Assembly (NCBI GenBank): GCA_016930445.1
Contig: JAFGGT010000031.1
Location: 1-45,225, forward strand
Length of the DNA stretch: 45,225 nt
Reading direction: 5' to 3'
From: Candidatus Methanofastidiosia archaeon
Lineage (GTDB): Archaea > Methanobacteriota_B > Thermococci > Methanofastidiosales > NM3
Part shown: positions 33,896-43,046 of the stretch, piece by piece
Position numbering within the stretch: position 1 is the first letter of the stretch
How the letters are laid out: the number at the start of each line of letters is the position of its first letter
Made by a program: the position numbers and the translations under genes
Notes under the pieces: generated by a model
Told to the model about the DNA's origin: nothing
Databases searched by the model: none
What the model saw: only the letters and a program-made list of their open reading frames with translations

Positions 33896-34027
33896 ATGAA
33901 GAAGATAAGGTGGGAAGACATTTTCAATCGCCTGGAAAGCGGCGAGATCACGGAAGAGCGCGCCCAGGAAGAGATCCTGAAACATTACTGCGTTCCCAAT
34001 CATGATAGGATCAATCAGTGCAACTGA
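33896..34027 (+). CDS. Possible 43-aa ORF with SHOCT-like motif (MKKIRWEDIFNRLESGEITEERAQEEILKHYCVPNHDRINQCN)
   Basis: This ORF is below the track cutoff and I read it by eye. LESGEITEERAQEEIL resembles the L..G.IT.EE motif of SHOCT domains. The call is low confidence. Confidence 0.3.
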   Translation: MKKIRWEDIFNRLESGEITEERAQEEILKHYCVPNHDRINQCN

Positions 34028-34092
34028 TGGGGGCGTCCTGCCATCCCCAGGCATGGGAAAGGATTTAATAACGTTCCTTTATATCTTTCTAT

Positions 34093-34575
34093 ATGAATTT
34101 TGAGATAATCGACATCGAGAAGGATGCAGGCATCGAGTGCATAATAGGGCAGGGAAATTTTTCAATTTTCACGGTAGAAGACCTTGCTGTGAAACTGAAG
34201 ACGACCACTCCATCGATCGAGTTCGGTATTGCCATGAACGAGGCGAAGCCAAGGCTCGTCAGGGCAGAGGGAAATGAAGAGAAGCTGAGGGGCGCAGCGT
34301 CAAGGGCGTGTCTGGACATAGGTGCTGGCCATGTCTTCGTGATCATGATGAGAAACGCCTTTCCTATCAACGTGCTGAACGCTGTGAAGTCCTATCCGGG
34401 CGTATGCGGGGTCTATGGCGCCTCTGAGAACCCATTGCAGGTGCTCGTCGCGGTCACGGACCTGGGCAGGAGTGTAATAGGCATAGTCGATGGCACTGCC
34501 GCCGACTCGATAGAGACAGAGGAGCAAAGGTCCGAGAGGAGGGACCTCCTAGGCAAGATAGGGTACAGGATCTGA
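34093..34575 (+). CDS. Adenosine-specific kinase family protein (PF04008-type, PAE2307-like)
   Basis: The 160-aa product shows the blocks IIGQGNFSIFTVEDL, FGIAMNEA...LVRAEGN, GAGHVFVIMMRNAFPINVLNAVK, ASENPLQVLVA, GIVDG and LLGKIGYRI. These match my recollection of this conserved archaeal family. Confidence 0.75.
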   Translation: MNFEIIDIEKDAGIECIIGQGNFSIFTVEDLAVKLKTTTPSIEFGIAMNEAKPRLVRAEGNEEKLRGAASRACLDIGAGHVFVIMMRNAFPINVLNAVKSYPGVCGVYGASENPLQVLVAVTDLGRSVIGIVDGTAADSIETEEQRSERRDLLGKIGYRI

Positions 34576-34644
34576 TGCATTTCTCTAGGATAAAGGTGAG
34601 AAAACCTTTATATCTTTTTTAATTCATCTTTTAATGGGGTTTCT

Positions 34645-36432
34645 ATGAAATTACTGTTGATGGGCAATGAAGCAATTGGAAGGGGGGCGATCGAGGCTGG
34701 CGTGAACGTGGTCGCCGCATACCCAGGAACTCCTTCTTCAGAGATTCCAGAATACATTTCTAGACATGCCAAGGAGAACGGCATATTCATGGAATATTCG
34801 ACCAATGAGAAGGTATCGCTCGAGGTCTGCATTGGTACTAGCTGGTCCGGCCTGAGATCAATGGCAACAATGAAGCATGTGGGGCTCAATGTAGCATCGG
34901 ATGCGCTCATGACCTTGACCTATACTGGGGTTGTGGGGGGGCTATTGTTGGTCTCCGCGGACGATCCGTCGTGTCACTCCTCCCAGAACGAACAAGATAA
35001 CAGATATTATTCTCTTCTGGCCAACATACCAACACTTGAGCCATCCTCGCCGCAGGAGGCTTATGAGATGGCCAAGGAAGCGTTCGCAATTTCAGAGGAG
35101 TTGTGCCTTCCGGTCATGCTCAGACCTACAACCCGGACCTGCCACTGCAGGGCTGATGTGGAGGTTGGCAAGGTCGTGAAGAGGGACGGCGCCCCAGAGT
35201 TCAAGAGGGATGTCACCCATAGGGTGACCATACCGGCACATGCAAGGATAATGCATCCCGAGCTGTTGGGGAAAGTTGAGAAAGCCAGGGGCCTCTTTGA
35301 GAAAAGCCATTTCAACTCCATTGAAGGCAAGGGGAAGATAGGCATCATAGGATCGGGCATCTCATACGCATACGTGAAGGAGGCCTTGGGGGCAATCGAA
35401 GAGGAGGTGTCGGTTTTCAAGCTGGGCACCTTGCACCCGTTGCCGACGAACAGGCTTTTGGAGTTCCTAAAGGACAAGGAGAAGGTCCTTGTGGTGGAGG
35501 AGATGGAACCGATTTTGGAATGGCAGCTAAAGGCCTTGGCTCATGACAATCGCCTCAAGGTAAAGATCTATGGAAAGGACGTGATCCCCAGGGTAGGCGA
35601 GCTAAACACGAACATAGTCAGGACGGGCATAAGAGAAGCGCTCGCGATCGGCTCTGGGCCGGCCCAAGAGGAGGTGGCAGAGATGCCAGACCTTCCACCA
35701 AGACCGCCCATGCTGTGTCCGGGATGCCCGCACCGGGCCACTTTCTACTGCATGAACAAGACCTCCAAGAAATGGATAAAGCCCAGCGACATAGGCTGTT
35801 ACACCCTTGGGATTATGCCGCCGCTGAACGCTGTGGACACCACATTCTGCATGGGAGCCAGCATAGGCATCTCATGCGGGTTCGCGGCGGCTGGAAATAA
35901 GGAGATAATCGCCTCCATAGGCGACTCGACATTCTTCCACACAGGCATTCCGCCACTAATCGATGCCGTTTACAACAAACATAACATAACGGTCGTCATA
36001 CTGGACAACAGGACGACGGCCATGACAGGCCATCAACCCAATCCTGGCACTGGATTAAATGCAACGATGGATCCCGCACCGATGATAGACCTGGTGAGGG
36101 TATGTGATGCCATCGGCGCGTTCACACAGCTTGTGGACCCATATGACCTGGATGTGACCATGGATGCCCTCAGGAAGGCCAACGAGCACGAGGGCCCTGC
36201 CGTGGTGGTGGCAAAGCGGCCCTGCATCCTCCTTGAGAAAAGGCCAAGCACGGAAGCGGGGTACCATGTCAATCAGGAGAAGTGCACAGGGTGCAGCATA
36301 TGCCTTAAGGAATTGGGATGCCCTGCGATGCTGTTCAATAGAGAGGATAAGAAGGCTTCAATAGACGACCTGCTTTGCGTGAACTGTGGGGTCTGCGCGC
36401 AGGTATGCCCATATGATGCAATCGAGGTGTAA
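34645..36432 (+). CDS. iorA: Indolepyruvate:ferredoxin oxidoreductase, alpha subunit
   Basis: The N-terminus is LLMGNEAIGRGAIEAGVNVVAAYPGTPSSEI and a TPP-binding region is present. The C-terminus carries two ferredoxin-type clusters (CTGCSICLKELGCP and CVNCGVCAQVCP). The length is 595 aa. Confidence 0.9.
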   Translation: MKLLLMGNEAIGRGAIEAGVNVVAAYPGTPSSEIPEYISRHAKENGIFMEYSTNEKVSLEVCIGTSWSGLRSMATMKHVGLNVASDALMTLTYTGVVGGLLLVSADDPSCHSSQNEQDNRYYSLLANIPTLEPSSPQEAYEMAKEAFAISEELCLPVMLRPTTRTCHCRADVEVGKVVKRDGAPEFKRDVTHRVTIPAHARIMHPELLGKVEKARGLFEKSHFNSIEGKGKIGIIGSGISYAYVKEALGAIEEEVSVFKLGTLHPLPTNRLLEFLKDKEKVLVVEEMEPILEWQLKALAHDNRLKVKIYGKDVIPRVGELNTNIVRTGIREALAIGSGPAQEEVAEMPDLPPRPPMLCPGCPHRATFYCMNKTSKKWIKPSDIGCYTLGIMPPLNAVDTTFCMGASIGISCGFAAAGNKEIIASIGDSTFFHTGIPPLIDAVYNKHNITVVILDNRTTAMTGHQPNPGTGLNATMDPAPMIDLVRVCDAIGAFTQLVDPYDLDVTMDALRKANEHEGPAVVVAKRPCILLEKRPSTEAGYHVNQEKCTGCSICLKELGCPAMLFNREDKKASIDDLLCVNCGVCAQVCPYDAIEV

Positions 36433-36437
36433 CGAAA

Positions 36438-38093
36438 ATGACAGATGATTATGAGATTTTTGAAGGCAAGATCGACAGAGAGGAGCTCGAATCCCGGATA
36501 GGAGAGAAGGTAAAGGAATTTCAAGGCCTCTTGACAAGGGCGGGGGCCATATCGATTATAGCTTCCGAACTGGGGATAGAGACTAAGGAGAAGCCCGCTG
36601 AGATATGCATAAAGATCTCGGAGATCATCGAAGGGACCATGAACATAGAGCTCGTGGGCAGGATAATTAGGAAGTCTGAAGTCAAGACCTTCACGAAAAA
36701 GAGCACCGGCGGGCCCGGGAGGGTCTTGAGGCTCGAATTGGGCGATGAGACCGGCAGGATGCCGGTGGTCCTTTGGGACGAGAAGGTGGAGGAGGCAATC
36801 GCCCTCGAAGAGGGGGACGTGGTCAGGATACATGGCGGCTTTGCGAAGAAGGGCATCAATGGGCGCCTAGAGCTTACCCTTCAAAGAAGGGGCGGCGTCG
36901 AACGTTCCGACGAAAGGATAAGCATAGATGGCCTTGCCCCGAAGAGGGCCGAGATCGGCTCCCTGCATGAGGACATGGGAGAGATCAAAGTGATAGGGGC
37001 CGTCGTGAACGTCTCCGATGTAAGGGAGTACGAGAGGGACGGAAGGATCTTCAAGGTATGCTCGCTTTTTATACAGGACAACACAGGACAGGCAAGGGTC
37101 TCCCTATGGAACCAGAACGCCGAGAGGTCTAGTCAGATATCGATCGGTGACATAATCGAGATCGAGAACTGCAGTGCCAGAAATGGTTTCAACGGCATGG
37201 AGATACAAACCAACTCATACACCCGGCTGAACCTGAACCCCGACATCGACGGGTTGTCTCTGCCCACGATAGACACCAATGTCCAGATATCGGATATCAC
37301 GTCTGAGATGCAGTTCTTTTCGGTCTGCGGCACATTGGTCAGGGCCTACGAGCCCCGGACCTTTGAGAGGGACGACGGGTCACAGGGGGTAGTAGCGTCC
37401 ATAGAGATCAGGGACGAGACCGGAACTTGCAGGGCATCGCTTTGGGATGACAAGGCGAGGATAGTCCAGGGCCTCCCAGAGGGCACGGGCATCGTCTTGG
37501 AAGGATGCAGGGCCCGTGAGGGAATGGATGGCGTGGAGATAAGCATCGGAGCCTCCGGGAGGGTGTTGCCAAGACTGCCGGACCTCGAGTCCTATGCCCC
37601 AAAACCCGACGGGCTGGCCAGGGTCATCGAAATAAAGGATGGCGCCATCAAGGCCATAACGAAGGATGGCCCTCTGCTTCTTCTGACCGAGGAACAGGAC
37701 TTCTCATCAGGGGACCTGGTAAAGTATGATGGTAAAATGGAGCGAGGGGGCCTGAGGGCCAGGTCGATCGAGGCAAGCAACGAGGAATATCCTTTGCTCG
37801 AAGACCTTATATCCCCTCCCCGCGCAAAGATAGTTGAGATGGCACCGGAAAGTTTGGTCAGGATAAGGGGCCTTGTTAGGCAGGTCACTCCAACAAGCGA
37901 TTACAAGATATTGAGGCTGGATGACGGTGAGGGCATGGCGACCGGCTATTTTTCTGGGGAAGTAGAGGCTGGCCGCGAATACGACATCCTTGCCAGGACC
38001 TTTTCCAACGGTGGGAACCTAGAGTTCTTCACAAGGGAGGCGGAAAGGATAGATAATATGGATGAGGCCTATAGATTATTGGAATTATTTTGA
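36438..38093 (+). CDS. Replication protein A, single-polypeptide multi-OB-fold type, no zinc finger
   Basis: The 551-aa product has at least three clear OB repeats ending in ...GxxxVxLWD-type strands (RVLRLELGDETGRMPVVLWDEK, SLFIQDNTGQARVSLWNQN, ASIEIRDETGTCRASLWDDK) plus a C-terminal OB-like region. There are no CxxC pairs. It starts 5 nt after iorA and ends 12 nt before radA. Confidence 0.8.
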   Translation: MTDDYEIFEGKIDREELESRIGEKVKEFQGLLTRAGAISIIASELGIETKEKPAEICIKISEIIEGTMNIELVGRIIRKSEVKTFTKKSTGGPGRVLRLELGDETGRMPVVLWDEKVEEAIALEEGDVVRIHGGFAKKGINGRLELTLQRRGGVERSDERISIDGLAPKRAEIGSLHEDMGEIKVIGAVVNVSDVREYERDGRIFKVCSLFIQDNTGQARVSLWNQNAERSSQISIGDIIEIENCSARNGFNGMEIQTNSYTRLNLNPDIDGLSLPTIDTNVQISDITSEMQFFSVCGTLVRAYEPRTFERDDGSQGVVASIEIRDETGTCRASLWDDKARIVQGLPEGTGIVLEGCRAREGMDGVEISIGASGRVLPRLPDLESYAPKPDGLARVIEIKDGAIKAITKDGPLLLLTEEQDFSSGDLVKYDGKMERGGLRARSIEASNEEYPLLEDLISPPRAKIVEMAPESLVRIRGLVRQVTPTSDYKILRLDDGEGMATGYFSGEVEAGREYDILARTFSNGGNLEFFTREAERIDNMDEAYRLLELF

Positions 38094-38105
38094 GAGGAGA
38101 TTAGA

Positions 38106-39056
38106 ATGAGTGAAGAAATTAAGATCATCGACGATCTTCCAGGGGTAGGCCCAGTTACGGCAGAGAAGCTAAGGGCCGCGGGGTTTACCACCATAGAATC
38201 AATAGCCGTTTCCTCGCCCATGGAGCTACGCGAGGTTGCCGAGATAACAGAGCCCACGGGGGCCAAGATCATTGCTGCGGCAAGAAAGGCCGCCGATGTG
38301 GGCGGATTCATCTCCGGCGAAGAGGTCTTTGAAAGAAGGCAGACGATAGGCCGCATAACGTCGGGCAGCAAAAGGCTCGATGACCTCATAGGCGGGGGAT
38401 TCGAGACCCAGGCAATAGTCGAGGCCTTCGGTGAGTTCGGGAGCGGAAAGTCCCAGATTGCCCACCAATTGGCCGTGACGGTCCAGCTTCCAAAGGAAAG
38501 AGGCGGCCTGGACGCGTGCGCCGCCCTCATAGACACCGAGAACACCTTCAGGCCAGAGAGGGTGATGCAGATAGCCAAGTTTCTCGAAATGGACCCAAAG
38601 GAGGCGCTGAGGAACATACACGTTGCCAGGGCATTCAATTCCAGCCACCAGATACTTTTAGCCGAAAGGGCCGAGGAGCTCTTCGAGAAGCTGGGATGCA
38701 AGCTGCTCATAGTCGATTCTCTGACCTCGATGTTTAGGGCAGAGTTCGTCGGGAGGGGCACCTTGGCGGAGAGGCAGCAGAAGCTGGGCATGCATCTCAG
38801 GCAGCTCCACAAGATCGCCAATCTTTACGATTCCTGCGTCTTTGTCACAAATCAGGTCTCCTCGAAACCCGATGCTTTCTTCGGTGATCCGACAAGGCCG
38901 GTCGGAGGGCACGTTCTGGGCCACTCAGCGACCATCAGGATATATCTTAGGAAGAGCAAACAGGGCCAGAGGATAGCCAGGCTTGTGGATTCGCCGTCCC
39001 TCCCTGAGGGGGAAGCTCTCTTCATGGTGACTGAGAACGGCATAACAGACAAGTGA
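38106..39056 (+). CDS. radA: DNA repair and recombination protein RadA
   Basis: The N-terminal HhH is [17 protein letters not shown] and Walker A is GEFGSGKSQ. The core is RecA/Rad51-like and the length is 316 aa. A GAGGAG SD is present. Confidence 0.96.
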   Translation: MSEEIKIIDDLPGVGPVTAEKLRAAGFTTIESIAVSSPMELREVAEITEPTGAKIIAAARKAADVGGFISGEEVFERRQTIGRITSGSKRLDDLIGGGFETQAIVEAFGEFGSGKSQIAHQLAVTVQLPKERGGLDACAALIDTENTFRPERVMQIAKFLEMDPKEALRNIHVARAFNSSHQILLAERAEELFEKLGCKLLIVDSLTSMFRAEFVGRGTLAERQQKLGMHLRQLHKIANLYDSCVFVTNQVSSKPDAFFGDPTRPVGGHVLGHSATIRIYLRKSKQGQRIARLVDSPSLPEGEALFMVTENGITDK

Positions 39057-39065
39057 AGTGCTTGG

Positions 39066-39836
39066 ATGGCCATAGGTTACCTGATAGACATTGACGGGGT
39101 CATTAGGGTGGGCGACCGGCCCATCCCGTCTGCCATAGCGTTCGTAGATTCCCTCTTGTCGAGAAAGATCCCCTTTTTGCTCGTGACCAACAATTCCACT
39201 AGGACGCAGTTGGAGAATGCCAGGATGCTTGGCGCCCTTGGGCTATCAATGCCCCCTGAGATGATAGTAACATCTGCAATGGTTACTGGGAGGTACATAT
39301 CTTCTAGGATGCGAGGCGCAAGAGCATATGTGATAGGCGAGCCAGGCCTCAGGGAGACCCTTAGGTCCTACGGGGTCGTCATGGCCAGAAGTTCCCCAGA
39401 CTTCGTCGTCGTCGGGCTAGACTGGCATTTCACGTACTATAAGATGAAGACCGCCACCCTCGCACTTAGGCGAGGGGCGGAGCTCATAGCCACGAACACG
39501 GACGTCTCGTTCCCCCTCCCAGAGGGCCTGGTGCCTGGCGCGGGGGCATTGGTGGCGTCGATCAGTGCTGCAACGGGCATGGAGCCTATTGTGATGGGCA
39601 AACCAAACCCTCCAATGTTCGAACTGTCCCTCTCCATGATTGGGATGGAGCGGGGGGAGGTTGTCGTCATCGGCGACAGGATGGACACAGACATAGCGGG
39701 CGCGAAGCGCGCAGGCATGCGCTCTATACTTGTGACAACCGGGGTCTCAAAAGTCCCCGAACTGCCTGCAGACGCTTCAATGCCCGAGAGGGTCGTTGCG
39801 TCCTTGTCGGAGATAGACCCGGAGGAACCCCTATGA
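39066..39836 (+). CDS. HAD-superfamily hydrolase, subfamily IIA (NagD / sugar-phosphatase-like)
   Basis: YLIDIDGVI (motif I DxD), LLVTNNSTRT (motif II) and GKPNPPMF...GDRMDTDI (motifs III and IV) are present. Confidence 0.85.
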   Translation: MAIGYLIDIDGVIRVGDRPIPSAIAFVDSLLSRKIPFLLVTNNSTRTQLENARMLGALGLSMPPEMIVTSAMVTGRYISSRMRGARAYVIGEPGLRETLRSYGVVMARSSPDFVVVGLDWHFTYYKMKTATLALRRGAELIATNTDVSFPLPEGLVPGAGALVASISAATGMEPIVMGKPNPPMFELSLSMIGMERGEVVVIGDRMDTDIAGAKRAGMRSILVTTGVSKVPELPADASMPERVVASLSEIDPEEPL

Positions 39837-40480
39837 TAGGCATGGATGAGGCGGGAAGGGGGCCTGTGCTCGGCCCTCTGGTAGTGGCAGCGATGCAGAT
39901 AGACGATGAGCGCTTTTTGAAGGATATTGGTGTTAGGGATTCCAAAAGGCTCTCGCCCAAGAGAAGGGAGCGTCTCTATCAGGAGCTCATTACATGTTGC
40001 GAGTTCAGGGCGGAGAGCGTCAGCGCCAGGGAGATAGACGAGCTTAGAAGGAACGCCACTCTGAACAAGATTGAGGAGTCACTCTTCATAAAGGCAGCAT
40101 CCGACCTGGAATACGCGGACGAGCCCCTCTATGTCGACTGTTGCGATACGGACGAGAGGAGATTTGGAAACGCTCTGGAGGCAGGCCTTCCGGGCGCGAG
40201 GGTATGCTCCTGCCACAGGGCCGACGAGAAATATCCTTGTGTAGCCGCGGCATCGATAATAGCCAAGGTGATCAGGGACTCTAACATCTCCCATCTCAAC
40301 GAAGTGGCCATAGAGAGATGGGGCATCGGCATCGGCAGCGGGTATCCGAGCGATCCCGACACATGCAGATTCCTGCAATACTTTAAGGAAAACAAGGAGG
40401 AGATGCCTTTCTTCGTAAGGCGCTCCTGGAAGACCGTGCAGAATCTGGGGCAATCAACGCTTGATGCCTACAACGAATGA
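39833..40480 (+). CDS. rnhB: Ribonuclease HII
   Basis: GMDEAGRGPVLGPLVVA (catalytic DE), DSKRLSP and AASIIAKV are present. The C-terminal QSTLDAY is PIP-like. The start forms an ATGA overlap with the HAD gene. Confidence 0.93.
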   Translation: MIGMDEAGRGPVLGPLVVAAMQIDDERFLKDIGVRDSKRLSPKRRERLYQELITCCEFRAESVSAREIDELRRNATLNKIEESLFIKAASDLEYADEPLYVDCCDTDERRFGNALEAGLPGARVCSCHRADEKYPCVAAASIIAKVIRDSNISHLNEVAIERWGIGIGSGYPSDPDTCRFLQYFKENKEEMPFFVRRSWKTVQNLGQSTLDAYNE

Positions 40481-41104
40481 ATGGTCCTTCTCATAGGCGG
40501 ATATGTCCAGGGTCTCCGTTATGTCGATCTTTTGACGCAATTTGGATACCTCCTCCCTAAAGACCTTATCCGGGTCCCTTGTGACATCTATGCTCCTTGC
40601 CTTTATGCAGAGCATTATGTTGCCGCCGGTCTTGAGGAAAGGCAGATTCCTGAGTAGAATCTCGGCCTGCTCCACCTGTGCCACGTCCTGATAAATGAGG
40701 TCCACCTCTTCGAGGAATGCAGCATACTGCTGCGGGTCCTTTGCATTGCCCAGTATGGGGACGATGTTCTGCCTTGACTCCGCGACCGCCATGAAGTCCC
40801 TCATGGACCTTGGCGCGAACTCGACGCAGTATATCCTGCCATCCGTCGCAATGTCGGATATATGGGACACCGTAGTGCCCGTGGCCGATCCAAGGTAGAG
40901 CACCTTTGAATCCTTTCCTATCGGCAGCTCCTTCAATCCCTCCATTATGGCTGAGGCGAGTTTTGACCTGAAGGGATTCCAGACCCGGTACTCTTCGCCA
41001 TCTACGTCGAGAAGCTTTTCACCATAGACCCTGGTCCCCCTCACGAGATTCCTTGTCATTATGCCCTGGTCGTCCATCAGGACGTTAGGAAAGAGCCTCT
41101 TCAT
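40454..41104 (-). CDS. flpA: Fibrillarin-like rRNA/tRNA 2'-O-methyltransferase
   Basis: YRVWNPFRSKLAA-type, VLYLGSATGTTVSHISD (SAM motif) and IYCVEFAPR blocks are present. The start forms an ATGA overlap with the nop5 stop. It overlaps the convergent rnhB 3' end by 27 bp. Confidence 0.95.
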   Translation of the reverse strand: MKRLFPNVLMDDQGIMTRNLVRGTRVYGEKLLDVDGEEYRVWNPFRSKLASAIMEGLKELPIGKDSKVLYLGSATGTTVSHISDIATDGRIYCVEFAPRSMRDFMAVAESRQNIVPILGNAKDPQQYAAFLEEVDLIYQDVAQVEQAEILLRNLPFLKTGGNIMLCIKARSIDVTRDPDKVFREEVSKLRQKIDITETLDISAYEKDHSFVVGIKR

Positions 41105-42198
41105 TTCCTTCTACCTCCCCTCTTTGCCTTTGCCTTGCCCCTGGGCGGGTAAGGGTACTTTTCCTTGATCTCCTTTATCCTGGCCTCTATCTTCTTTGAG
41201 AGCTCGTCAGCGACCATTCCGCCCGACCTGTAGTCGACCCTAGCGGCGATAGCAAGCTCTGAAGCAAGGGTCCTGGCTATCTTTCCCCTGTGCCAGGGCT
41301 TTGCGTTGTGGATGTCGGGCCATTGGAATATGATGCCGTGCTTCGGAGGCTTTGCCCCCGTTTTTAGATGCCTGAAGAGGGCCTTCTCTGCGCCAAGCAT
41401 CTGGATGGTGGAGGCCGGTTTTTGAGCGAGATTCCTAAGCCCACCTGCCAGTGCCATCAGCCTGGCAGTGATAAGGGGGCCTACGAGCGCGGTCATGTTG
41501 GGCGCGATCAAGGTCACGTTCTCTTCAATGTAATCTGAGAATTCCTGCCTGGTCCTTGCAAGCTCAACGGCCGCCCTTGCAAGCTTCTTTATCTCCTCGA
41601 TGTCCTGAGCAGACATCTGGGCGCCCATGCTGTTTTTCGCAGCCTCGGCCACCCTGGGTTCATCGATGTCCTCTCTGAAACCATAATTCGCTATCGTCTC
41701 GCAATAGGCCACGTTGTCAGGGACCAAAGCCTCGAGTTCTGGGAAATGTATGCCATACCACTCCACAAGCCTCTCCGTGAAGAGATTTATGGTCTGGTCG
41801 AGCTCATCGACAGAATTGATCGCCTGCGATATTGACAGGTCCTTTGACGAGGCAGCGACCTTGAGCTGCCTTCTGACAAGCTCTATTGCGACGCCCCTCT
41901 TGATATCGAACTCCAGTCCATCTTCCGCATCGGCCTTCGTTAGGACTTTCTTGATCAGGTCCTGCCGATCGCCCAGGGACATCTGCCTGCAGCCAAGGCT
42001 CTCGGCAACGGTCGCATTGTCGCAAACGGCCACATCGTGGTCCCTCAGCGCCTCCATCTCCTTGGGCAGAACCCCTTGGTCCAGTTGGAACATGATATCC
42101 GAAAGGCTTTCGGGGTCCTTGGGGAACGCTATTTTCAGCTGGACTTTATCGTCCTCGTCTAGCAAAAGTGCCCCCCAGACAGCAGTGATGACCTTCAT
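41101..42198 (-). CDS. nop5: Nop5 (Nop56/58) C/D box sRNP core protein
   Basis: It has a coiled-coil region and a Nop domain (ALVGPLITARLMALAGGLRNLAQKPASTIQMLGAEKALFRHL). The C-terminal tail is basic. I placed the ATG at 42198; the track start at 42207 is TTG. Confidence 0.92.
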   Translation of the reverse strand: MKVITAVWGALLLDEDDKVQLKIAFPKDPESLSDIMFQLDQGVLPKEMEALRDHDVAVCDNATVAESLGCRQMSLGDRQDLIKKVLTKADAEDGLEFDIKRGVAIELVRRQLKVAASSKDLSISQAINSVDELDQTINLFTERLVEWYGIHFPELEALVPDNVAYCETIANYGFREDIDEPRVAEAAKNSMGAQMSAQDIEEIKKLARAAVELARTRQEFSDYIEENVTLIAPNMTALVGPLITARLMALAGGLRNLAQKPASTIQMLGAEKALFRHLKTGAKPPKHGIIFQWPDIHNAKPWHRGKIARTLASELAIAARVDYRSGGMVADELSKKIEARIKEIKEKYPYPPRGKAKAKRGGRRK

Positions 42199-42295
42199 AA
42201 TTATCAAAAAAATAGTGTCAAAAAGGTATTTAAATAGATATGGTAGAAAAAAGACATATATACTTATATTTTAATTTATTGTAGAGGCGGGTATT

Positions 42296-43042
42296 TTGCA
42301 GAAACCTACGATTTCACAGATATACGGGATTTCACTGGAGGTCTACAAGGAGAACCTATTTAAAATGCTCGCACCTATGCTAATCCCGACGATCTTCATC
42401 GTAGGAGTTGCCCTCATATTCAATCTTAGGGCGTTGCCGTCTTTTGAGATAAAGGACATTTCACAATATTATAGTTTTTCTTCTTATCAAGCGCTGGAGA
42501 GGATACTTGGGACCTGGTATGAAATATTCCTGGTATCGATAATTGCGTATGTCATCTTTGTCCTTTACGCCGTCTGCACGACATCCGGCCTGATAAGCGA
42601 TGGCCTTAGGCGGGGCAGCATATCTTTTGACGTTGGCGGTAGAAAGGGGGCGACAGGGTTCGCTTTCTCACTCATACCTTTTGCACTCGTCATGCTGATG
42701 ACATACTATCTGGCATCGCAGTATGGCAAGTACTATGTGATAATTCCCTTTCTGCTAGGGTACCTTTGGAACTACACCATCGCCTCTAGCGTTGTTGACG
42801 GGGCGCTCATAGGCAAGAACATGGCCGTCAGCATGAGGGAGGTGCTAAGGCATCCTTTCTTCTCGGCAATAATATACGTCGTGCCGCTGGCCCTGGTCCT
42901 TGCGCCCACTGGGGGAGCCCTATATCTCTGCATCAACTACTTCCCCTCTTACCTATTCATAATAACACCCATTGTGATATTCCTCTTCATTCCGTACGCA
43001 GTCATAGTAAACACGATCGGATACCTTTCTTTAAAGCTGTGA
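42296..43042 (+). CDS. Hypothetical polytopic membrane protein (248 aa, about 6 TM helices)
   Basis: The TTG start has a GAGGCGG SD 6 nt upstream; an alternative ATG lies at 42365. It stops 4 nt before elp3. I recognise no family. Confidence 0.6.
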   Translation: MQKPTISQIYGISLEVYKENLFKMLAPMLIPTIFIVGVALIFNLRALPSFEIKDISQYYSFSSYQALERILGTWYEIFLVSIIAYVIFVLYAVCTTSGLISDGLRRGSISFDVGGRKGATGFAFSLIPFALVMLMTYYLASQYGKYYVIIPFLLGYLWNYTIASSVVDGALIGKNMAVSMREVLRHPFFSAIIYVVPLALVLAPTGGALYLCINYFPSYLFIITPIVIFLFIPYAVIVNTIGYLSLKL

Positions 43043-43046
43043 GAAG

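Noticed and set aside
33823-34005. A 60-aa track ORF that overlaps the end of the THUMP-Nudix gene.
   Set aside because: It is an Arg/Gly/Pro-rich frame and its start lies inside the upstream gene. The alternative 43-aa frame at 33896-34027 looks more protein-like, although that one is also low confidence.
38069-38821. A 250-aa ORF on the - strand.
   Set aside because: It is antisense to radA and the translation is Ser-rich and low complexity.
40454-42295. C/D box sRNA genes near fibrillarin and nop5, and in other spacers.
   Set aside because: I found no spacer with a RUGAUGA...CUGA pair at sRNA-like spacing of about 50-70 nt. The UGAUGA occurrences I noticed all lie inside coding regions. 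A dedicated snoscan-type search would be needed.
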